A stretch of 17,592 nucleotides of DNA from Prasinococcaceae sp. CCMP 1430 (lineage: Eukaryota > Plantae > Prasinodermophyta). How positions within the stretch are numbered: position 1 is the stretch's first letter; each line of letters begins with the position of its first letter. Made by a program: the position numbers and the translations under genes. The notes below the pieces were generated by a model that worked only from the letters and a program-made list of their open reading frames with translations, was not told the DNA's origin and did not search any database. Shown here in pieces: positions 11,201 to 17,592 of this stretch. The stretch is taken from NCBI GenBank assembly GCA_013416795.1, contig RQSC01000010.1:437903-455494 (forward strand), in the 5' to 3' direction.

Positions 11201-11454
11201 TCAGCTGGCACATACAGCCCAGCTGTATAACTCGAGAGGCTCCTTAAAGCTTCTCTCTCGTCCACATGAGGAATTCCCAACTTATATTCTTCACCACACA
11301 GCCATAGCTTTAATTCATTTTCGGAATCCTGGACTATCGAAAAGAATCGCAGCTCTTGAATAATGCCATACTCTAAAAAATCCTGAAATCCTTTTAATTG
11401 CATAGCCTTAAAATCTGGTAATGCAAATACGCCTACGTCGCTGAGTCTGGCCAT
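8230..11454 (-). CDS. rpoB: RNA polymerase beta subunit
   Basis: 1074-aa ORF with [71 protein letters not shown] and [14 protein letters not shown]. GAGGA lies just upstream of the ATG. Confidence 0.98.
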   Translation of the reverse strand: [1074 protein letters not shown]

Positions 11455-11560
11455 ATATTCCTCATGTCTTTAGGCCCAACATATCTCCCGGGCCTAAATT
11501 GTTAATAGATCTAATCTAGTGTTTGGAATTGCTATATTCCTCTTAATATTTCAATGCGAT

Positions 11561-11588
11561 ATGTTAAAAAAGCCCCCCGAATAGTCAA
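11561..11588 (-). promoter_or_regulatory. Possible sigma70-type promoter for the rpoB operon
   Basis: Minus strand TTGACT (11588-11583), 16-nt spacer, TAACAT (11566-11561). Motif match only, with a short spacer. Confidence 0.3.
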
Positions 11589-11635
11589 ACCTGAGACGCA
11601 TCTTTGATAGTTGCAAGACTATGCCGATATCAAGC

Positions 11636-11664
11636 TTGACTTGGCCTAGAAGAAAGGATATTAT
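11636..11664 (+). promoter_or_regulatory. Putative sigma70-type promoter for trnC
   Basis: TTGACT (11636-11641), 17 nt, TATTAT (11659-11664), ending 63 nt upstream of trnC. Confidence 0.5.
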
Positions 11665-11727
11665 TTCTATAATAAGATAGCCGTATATTGTTTAAAGCCA
11701 AAAGCTTTTAGATCAAGGCCTAACTTA

Positions 11728-11798
11728 GGCGACATGGCCAAGTGGTAAGGCAGAGGATTGCAAATCCTTTATCCCCAGTTCGATCCTGGGTGTCGCCT
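11728..11798 (+). tRNA. trnC-GCA: tRNA-Cys (GCA)
   Basis: 71-nt cloverleaf: acceptor GGCGACA/TGTCGCC, D loop AAGTGGTAA, anticodon loop TT-GCA-AA, T loop TTCGATC. Divergent from rpoB, as usual in plastids. Confidence 0.97.
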
Positions 11799-11988
11799 GA
11801 CTGCCAAAAAGCACAATAAAAAGGCTTGGGGCTGCCGTACTCTGCTAGCTACAAGTATAGAGTGTGATGCTCTAAATACATAGCCTGACACAGTCTCTAC
11901 ACTTGAACCTCTCATTAGCTGACAGCCCCATTTGATTGTAAAAGATCTTAGCCTTCGGCGCAAGGCCCTTTCTCAAACAAAGGTCCTC

Positions 11989-12017
11989 TTGGCATCTACT
12001 AGTAAGCCTGGTATGAT
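11989..12017 (+). promoter_or_regulatory. Putative sigma70-type promoter for petN
   Basis: TTGGCA (11989-11994), 17 nt, TATGAT (12012-12017), ending 57 nt upstream of the petN ATG. Confidence 0.45.
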
Positions 12018-12074
12018 GAATTATGTGCACAGAAACATTACATCACACCTGAAGTCAACACCACATCATTATCT

Positions 12075-12164
12075 ATGGATATAGTCAGCATTGGTTGGGC
12101 ATCACTCATGGTCATATTTACCTTTTCTCTTTCTCTAGTTGTTTGGGGCAGAAGTGGACTCTAA
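12075..12164 (+). CDS. petN: Cytochrome b6f subunit VIII
   Basis: Manual translation [29 protein letters not shown] (29 aa) is the canonical PetN. Below the ORF-track size cut-off. Confidence 0.98.
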   Translation: MDIVSIGWASLMVIFTFSLSLVVWGRSGL

Positions 12165-12316
12165 GTGTTTTGCTATGTTTTGTACAATATGCACATTTAG
12201 AGCAAGCTTACTTCTCAAACATCAGAAAAGACACAGCCATTTTCTAAAAACAGATACTTTGCTCTTTACACTTGGTTATCCTGAAGACCATTGACTTTGA
12301 AAAACAAAGAGCAGGT

Positions 12317-12354
12317 TTAATGGCCCTGCTTTAAGCAAAAAACAGGGCCATTAA
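12317..12354. terminator. Inverted repeat between convergent petN and ycf66, overlapping the ycf66 stop codon
   Basis: TTAATGGCCCTG (12317-12328) and CAGGGCCATTAA (12343-12354) form a perfect 12-bp stem with a 14-nt loop. A role as a 3'-end or processing element is inferred. Confidence 0.6.
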
Positions 12355-12682
12355 TATCCATAATCTATGGGAATAGTATAGCTAATCTGTCCCCATTCCA
12401 GTTCAAAGACCTTGTCACTAAGCAGATCTCTTGGTCTATCTATGAGCGGTTGACCAAATACAGGTGGATTTGCAAGCCGTCTGATTGGCTGACCATTAGA
12501 CAAGGGGAAATTTTCAAATTCACTCTTGCCATTCCGAAGGCAAAGACTTTCTCCCACAAAAAAAAGTAAAGTGACACTCGACAAGACCTGGCCTAATAGT
12601 AATATAGGATCCAGACGCCAGCCTTGAAACATCAAAATTCCACCAGATAACAGACCCATGGAAGAAAAGAATAAATCATAAT
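12351..12682 (-). CDS. ycf66: Ycf66, exon 2
   Basis: (G)AT TAT GAT TTA TTC... reads DYDLFFSSMGLLSGGILMFQGWRLDPILLLGQ...ESLCLR, the Ycf66 signature. The spliced CDS is 438 nt (145 aa). Confidence 0.93.
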
Positions 12683-13307
12683 ATTAAGATAGTTAGGCTC
12701 TAGCCCCCCCCTTAGGAACTAAACAGACTACTTACATAGTGCTTAGCTCAAACAGTCTAGTACTTAGAGCTTTTGAAACCCCAGGCCTTTTCTGCTAGTC
12801 TGCGACTCACTAGATTGACTGTTATTGGCCCTTATTAGCTTTTTTGGCTTATTAAACGAAACAGAAGATTTGATTAATAATATCTCTGTCATCGCCATAG
12901 CCTTTTGGGCTTTCTACTGCCTGAAAAAATGTAAAATTGAATATCTTATTAGATCAAATATCCAAGCAGACCTTTTGTGCTTAGCATGCAAGTATAGACA
13001 AAGCGGTAGGTGGGGCCAATGCTCCAATGGTTGGATAGAAGCTAGCAAAATTTCCTTCTACAGACGGAAGCTCTTTTCCATAAGCAAAACAGTGTTTACT
13101 TGTTGGCCTGGTCTGGTGAAGCGTTTTGGACCCTTGATTTCACTCACCATCGCTCCTAGCTTGATTTGGCCTTTTTGCTCTAGGTCTTATCCTTATAGCT
13201 TTTTGCCAGCGCTCGCACTAACTAGTAAAAACACACTTTTTTCCAAAATTGACAGAAAAACAGGTTTAAAAAACGACCTAACCTTGCATGTGCATTCTAA
13301 GGCGCAC
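12683..13307 (-). other. Group II intron in ycf66, 625 bp, no maturase ORF
   Basis: 5' GTGCG at 13307; 3' CTATCTTAAT ending at 12683 with the bulged A at -8; 34-nt domain V at 12749-12716. It is a phase-1 insertion after nt 106, and splicing restores SR-D-YD. Confidence 0.93.
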
Positions 13308-13413
13308 CTCTAGACATCTCGGGCCTTTTAGTCCTAAGAAAAAACAACAAAAGGCCAACCATAGACAAGGCTAGCCCAAGGACCGTACTAGGCCCAAACT
13401 CCATATGAATCAT
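13308..13413 (-). CDS. ycf66: Ycf66, exon 1 (106 nt)
   Basis: Manual translation MIHMEFGPSTVLGLALSMVGLLLFFLRTKRPEMSR plus G matches the Ycf66 N-terminus and is followed directly by GTGCG. Confidence 0.93.
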
Positions 13414-13434
13414 AGAATTATAGAATTATAGAAT
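13412..13434. repeat. 8-bp tandem repeat (ATAGAATT x ~2.9) at the ycf66 start codon
   Basis: ATAGAATT ATAGAATT ATAGAAT read directly from the + strand. Confidence 0.85.
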
Positions 13435-13620
13435 CCTCAAATAAAATAGAATAAAATGAACTGACTATCTATCTAGCAATCTACAGACCACTTTCTGCTC
13501 TAAAGACCCAAAACGTGGGCTTGTGTATTTGGTCTATCAGTGGGTTCAAGATGCGCTAGCCATCTAAAAACACATATTTAGCTTTAGTTCTAGACGGTTT
13601 CAAAACTAGACTCTTTTTAG

Positions 13621-13636
13621 GAGCCCCGAAGGGCCC
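13621..13636 (-). terminator. cUUCGg-capped stem-loop downstream of psbM
   Basis: Minus strand GGGCCC-TTCG-GGGCTC: a 6-bp stem (one G-U pair) closed by C-G around UUCG. Confidence 0.4.
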
Positions 13637-13699
13637 GCAGTTCCGCAAGGGCAAGTGAGTTTTATGGCTGTGCTTTGTTGACCTTAATACTTTACCTTT

Positions 13700-13807
13700 C
13701 TAATTACCGACCTGACTTTCAGTCTTAACATAAAGAATAATCAAAAAGGCCGTGGGAATTAATATAAACAAAGCGGTGGCAATAAATGCAAGAATGTTGA
13801 CTTCCAT
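13700..13807 (-). CDS. psbM: Photosystem II protein M
   Basis: [35 protein letters not shown] (35 aa) is the canonical PsbM. True ATG at 13807; the ORF-track extension to 13912 is not PsbM-like. Confidence 0.98.
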   Translation of the reverse strand: MEVNILAFIATALFILIPTAFLIILYVKTESQVGN

Positions 13808-14093
13808 ATTCAGGACGCCCTTGGAACTACAATAACTCATAAATCTCGCTTCTGCAATTAGTCGATATTCTGACACCTTCCAAATGAATCTTGAGCAAAG
13901 CAAAGACAGCACCTCTCACACCTCAAGGGTTAAAAAAATGCTCAAAAACAAATACCACATAATGATAATGTCTAGTCATGAAGACCGCACTGGGTGATAT
14001 TTTTTTCAGAATAGATATGGGCAAACCAGTCTCACACTAGACCTGGTCTAAGCTACAAGTATATTGGCTAAGTCCAGGATGTCAGAGCGTTTT

Positions 14094-14174
14094 TGCCTTG
14101 GAGAGGACTCGAACCTCCACGCTTTGCAGCACAAGATTTTGAGTCTCGCGTGTCTACCATTTCACCACCAAGGC
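14094..14174 (-). tRNA. trnL-CAA: tRNA-Leu (CAA)
   Basis: 81 nt: GCCTTGG/CCAAGGC acceptor stem, anticodon arm CGAGA-CT-CAA-AA-TCTCG, long variable arm, GGTTCGAGTCC T arm. Confidence 0.97.
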
Positions 14175-14551
14175 TATAAGCAAAAGTACTTTATTATACA
14201 CCCAAACCGATCTGACTATGCAGGAAAGCTTCCTTCCCTTCTATGTCTTCCTGCATTGAGCACCAAATAGTCTTGCTCTGATTTTTTCATTAAATGGCCT
14301 AAGATCGAATAGCATAGATCTTGTATAACTATATAATCACGACTTGCTTAGGTTTAAGTAGCTTGCCCCTCAATATAGAAGAGTACAAGAGAACGAATAC
14401 TTGTATCGTTTATCATTCTAATAATCGGTATCCAGGGATTGGTGGATGTCGATATCTTGTTTGAAAAAGTGGTCTTTTGTAAAATAGGTTGTCTTTGTTT
14501 GGCTGATTTTTTTTTTCCCAGTAGTTTTATATCTTATCTGATTTTCTGTGT

Positions 14552-15541
14552 ATGTCAGAAATTTTATTGTTTGAGGCTCTTCGTGAGGGTTTACAAGAGG
14601 AGATGGATCGTGATCCTCGGGTCATGGTCATGGGAGAAGATGTTGGTCATTATGGAGGTTCTTATAAAGTGACCAAAGGGTTTGCTGAGCGCTATGGTGA
14701 TCTTCGCCTTCTGGATACTCCTATTGCAGAAAATAGTTTTACGGGTATGGCAGTAGGAGCTGCTATGACCGGCCTTCGACCGGTAGTCGAAGGTATGAAT
14801 ATGGGATTCTTGCTTTTGGCTTTTAATCAGATTGCTAATAATGCTGGCATGCTTCATTATACTTCTGGGGGCAATTTTACTATTCCCATAGTCATTAGAG
14901 GACCGGGAGGAGTAGGTAGACAACTTGGTGCAGAGCACTCTCAAAGATTAGAATCCTACTTTCAATCAGTGCCTGGTTTGCAAATGGTAGCCTGTTCTAC
15001 ACCCTACAATGCGAAAGGCTTAATCAAAGCAGCTATTCGTACTGAAAACCCAGTCATTCTTTTTGAGCATGTCCTTTTATACAATCTTAAACAAGCCATT
15101 CCCGAACAAGAATATTTGGTCTGTTTAGAAAAGGCTGAAGTGGTTCGTTCTGGTCGAGATGTAACCATTCTGACATATTCCCGAATGAGACACCACGTAT
15201 TGCAAGCCGCTAAAAATCTGGTACACAAAGGCTATGATCCGGAAATCATAGATATTCTTTCTTTGAAACCTTTAGATTTAGGTACCATAGGGCACTCCAT
15301 ACGTAAGACGCACCGGGTATTAGTGGTAGAAGAATGCATGAGAACGGGAGGAATTGGTGCCAGTTTACGGGCTGCTTTAATCGAGCATTTCTTTGATGAC
15401 TTAGATGGACCAATAGCATGTTTATCATCTCAAGACGTTCCTACTCCATATAGTGGGCCTTTAGAAGAACTTACAGTTATTCAACCATGGCAAATTGTAC
15501 AAGCTGTAGAACAACTTTGTCAGTCTAAATCTTCTTGCTAA
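14552..15541 (+). CDS. odpB: Pyruvate dehydrogenase E1 beta subunit
   Basis: 329-aa ORF with [76 protein letters not shown] and [11 protein letters not shown], typical of cyanobacterial and plastid PdhB. Confidence 0.97.
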   Translation: MSEILLFEALREGLQEEMDRDPRVMVMGEDVGHYGGSYKVTKGFAERYGDLRLLDTPIAENSFTGMAVGAAMTGLRPVVEGMNMGFLLLAFNQIANNAGMLHYTSGGNFTIPIVIRGPGGVGRQLGAEHSQRLESYFQSVPGLQMVACSTPYNAKGLIKAAIRTENPVILFEHVLLYNLKQAIPEQEYLVCLEKAEVVRSGRDVTILTYSRMRHHVLQAAKNLVHKGYDPEIIDILSLKPLDLGTIGHSIRKTHRVLVVEECMRTGGIGASLRAALIEHFFDDLDGPIACLSSQDVPTPYSGPLEELTVIQPWQIVQAVEQLCQSKSSC

Positions 15542-15917
15542 TATAGGCTTATTACTTGGCAGGCTGTTGACAACATAATAGATGTACATCGATATTTTTA
15601 ACAAATATACGAAACTACCATGTTGAGCTTTGCTATTTTTTTGACCACTTCCATTGCCATAAAAGACTTTAAAATGGGTCCTGTAAAGGCGTGAAACTAA
15701 TATTTTGTTTTTTCTTTAAGGAAGATTGAGAATATTCCAAACAGAATAATGAACTTTCAAAAATTCACTCTTGTCTGTCATTTCTTTTGGATATTATTGC
15801 AATACGCACGTTAAGTCATTATTAGTGTCTGAGCAGCCAGAAAGGCCCCTGAAGATTGAGTTTGACTCATTAGATAGACTTAACTTTCATCGAACTGTTC
15901 GGGGAGAGCGTCTTTTT

Positions 15918-15957
15918 AAAGGGTCGGTAAATTTGTGGTCACATTTACCGACCCTTT
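15918..15957. repeat. Inverted repeat, 15-bp arms, 10-nt loop
   Basis: AAAGGGTCGGTAAAT (15918-15932) and ATTTACCGACCCTTT (15943-15957) are perfect complements. Confidence 0.92.
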
Positions 15958-16063
15958 TGTCTCATATTTTTTTTTAGTGTACGAAAAGCTATATGTTTCG
16001 TCTAAATGAATTAATCTTTAAATGAAATCAGCTTTTTGAAAAGTACGTTTTGGCTTTTTCCTG

Positions 16064-16132
16064 ATCCTAGCATAGAAAACGAGCCAAACAAAGAATAGCT
16101 AGCTTTGTTTGGCTCGTTTTCTATGCTAGGAT
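16064..16132. repeat. Perfect inverted repeat, 30-bp arms, 9-nt loop
   Basis: ATCCTAGCATAGAAAACGAGCCAAACAAAG (16064-16093), loop AATAGCTAG, then CTTTGTTTGGCTCGTTTTCTATGCTAGGAT (16103-16132). Confidence 0.95.
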
Positions 16133-16254
16133 AATCCCTACAGCTTAGAGCGACAAACCAAGCGATGAGTACCTTGCTTCGCTGTCGACAACCCAACGTA
16201 TGCAAGGGAATTTGTGTGTGTGCTTGTTCTCTGGATTTTGTATAAGGAGTCATT

Positions 16255-16932
16255 ATGTCCCGTTATCGAGGACCCCGCGTCAAAATTATCCGTAGCCTTG
16301 GGTCCCTACCAGGCCTGACCTCCAAAATCCCTAAAATAAAATCTCCCCATGGGAGTGGCAGCCCCTCTTCACTCAGTAAAAAAGGGGGTTCAGCGCGTGG
16401 CAAGGCTAGTTCTGGCGGTTCATCATCAGGTAATAGTAATAGAAAAGGTTCGGAATATGGAGTCCGTTTAGCAGAAAAACAAAGGTTACGCTTTCATTAT
16501 GGGTTAACCGAACATCAGCTTTTTCGATATGTGCGTTTAGCTAGAAGAGCTAAAGGCTCTACAGGTGAAGTGCTCTTGCAACTCTTGGAAATGCGTTTGG
16601 ATAATATCTTATTTCGTTTAGGCATGGCTCCGACTATACCTGCGGCCAGACAACTGGTTAGTCATGGTCATGTTTTAGTAAGCCAGCGTGTAGTGAATAT
16701 TCCTAGCTACCGTTGTAAACCTGATGACACAATTTCGATTCGAGATCGCCAAAGATCTCAGACACTTATAGAGCGCGGTGTCAGTCAAGAGCAAAATACA
16801 AAAGTGCCTAGCCATCTCAGCCTAAAGCCAATTAAGGGACAGGCAGCAGTCACGCACCTAGTTCAACGTGATTTTGTTGGTCTTAAAGTAAATGAACTTT
16901 TGGTTGTAGAATACTATTCTAGACAGGCTTAA
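16255..16932 (+). CDS. rps4: 30S ribosomal protein S4 with N-terminal low-complexity expansion
   Basis: [13 protein letters not shown]...[13 protein letters not shown]...[33 protein letters not shown]...[18 protein letters not shown] at 16244-16249 precedes the ATG. Confidence 0.98.
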   Translation: MSRYRGPRVKIIRSLGSLPGLTSKIPKIKSPHGSGSPSSLSKKGGSARGKASSGGSSSGNSNRKGSEYGVRLAEKQRLRFHYGLTEHQLFRYVRLARRAKGSTGEVLLQLLEMRLDNILFRLGMAPTIPAARQLVSHGHVLVSQRVVNIPSYRCKPDDTISIRDRQRSQTLIERGVSQEQNTKVPSHLSLKPIKGQAAVTHLVQRDFVGLKVNELLVVEYYSRQA

Positions 16933-17206
16933 ATGTCTTTTGGTATTTCAGCACTGTGAAGTCAAGATCTAGCAAAGCAAAAAATTGGGATGTTCATGAC
17001 GCCAAGTGTTTTTTGTGCCCAGTCTCTACTATTTTATTTTGTATACTGAATAATAAGCCATAAAAGAGGGACTGGTATAACTAATTCGACCTTGGCTCTG
17101 GTGTTTTGTCTTAAGTGTGGTTCATTTTTTTGAAACACATGAACACGAGTAGCTAACTCTAAAGGCAGCTGAACTAATTGAAAGACGAGGTCAAAAGGGG
17201 ACGTTA

Positions 17207-17293
17207 CGGAAAGAGAGGGATTCGAACCCTCGGTAAACAAACGTCTACATAGCATTTCCAATGCTACGCCTTCGACCACTCGGCCATCTTTCC
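17207..17293 (-). tRNA. trnS-GGA: tRNA-Ser (GGA)
   Basis: 87 nt: GGAAAGA/TCTTTCC acceptor stem, anticodon arm TAGCA-TT-GGA-AA-TGCTA, long variable arm, GGGTTCGAATCCC T arm. Convergent with rps4. Confidence 0.97.
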
Positions 17294-17592
17294 TTTCATT
17301 GCATTGTAAAGTATCTTAGCTTAGAGCCCATTACAGAGCAACCCTTCTACTAAAGGAACTGTTTTTTTCCTGTTTGCTTTTGTTTTCTGTGTTTGTGACT
17401 TGAACTTCATACCGAATGTAGTCTAAGCCAACCTTTTTGAATCTCACTCATTAAATTAGACCTTAAGAATTGTCAGGCTACAAACTGAGACTTTCAAGTT
17501 ATTTTTTCCCAAATGCTAAACAAAATAGACACAAAAACAAAGCACAATAGGAAGCGGCATGTGTTGTTTTGAAGTGTACTGTATAGCAGTGC

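Noticed and set aside
11769-11963. 64-aa minus-strand ORF
   Set aside because: Overlaps trnC antisense and shows no family resemblance.
12825-13313. 162-aa plus-strand ORF inside the ycf66 intron
   Set aside because: Antisense to the intron, starts with TTG, has no RBS or domain motifs, and overlaps the conserved 5' splice site. A homology search plus strand-specific RNA-seq would be needed to revive it.
13808-13912. In-frame upstream extension of psbM
   Set aside because: PsbM begins at MEVNIL; the extension resembles neither a transit peptide nor a known domain.
14064-14270. 68-aa ORF, and likewise 17034-17279
   Set aside because: Translations running through trnL-CAA and trnS-GGA respectively.
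14439-15428. ORFs overlapping odpB (14439-14672, 14591-14944, 15004-15228, 15246-15428)
   Set aside because: Alternate-frame or antisense shadows of odpB.
15600-15809. GTGCG on the minus strand near 15809 as a possible 5' half of a trans-spliced group II intron
   Set aside because: The preceding sequence (ATGACTTAAC) matches no known short plastid exon and has a stop in the ATG frame. No domain V or VI was found nearby, and a 5-mer is expected by chance.
15771-16253. ORFs 15771-15977 (+) and 16011-16253 (-), or a residual trnT-UGU upstream of rps4
   Set aside because: The ORFs run through palindromes with no motifs, and no cloverleaf or T-loop consensus was seen.
1-17592. CRISPR array, transposase, integrase, phage or defence genes; RNA-editing-dependent start or stop codons
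   Set aside because: No spaced direct repeats or mobile-element ORFs were seen, and every gene examined reads through from a genomic ATG without needing editing.

Overview
This is a fragment of a green-lineage chloroplast genome. Gene order from left to right: atpI (partial, -), rps2 (-), rpoC2 (-, crossing an 845-N gap), rpoC1 (-, one group II intron), rpoB (-), trnC-GCA (+), petN (+), ycf66 (-, one group II intron), psbM (-), trnL-CAA (-), odpB/pdhB (+), rps4 (+), trnS-GGA (-). A plastid-encoded odpB together with land-plant-type rpoC1 and ycf66 introns points to a streptophyte alga close to land plants, most plausibly Zygnematophyceae (inference). I found no mobile element, CRISPR array, maturase ORF or clearly new biological system. 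The most notable points are: an intact odpB between two apparent rearrangement junctions; a degenerate rpoC1 intron with mismatched domain V and an apparent non-AY 3' end; a Ser/Gly-rich expansion in Rps4; lineage-specific additions in RpoC2; and several perfect inverted repeats in spacers. Comparisons with other taxa are from memory of these gene families, not from database searches.
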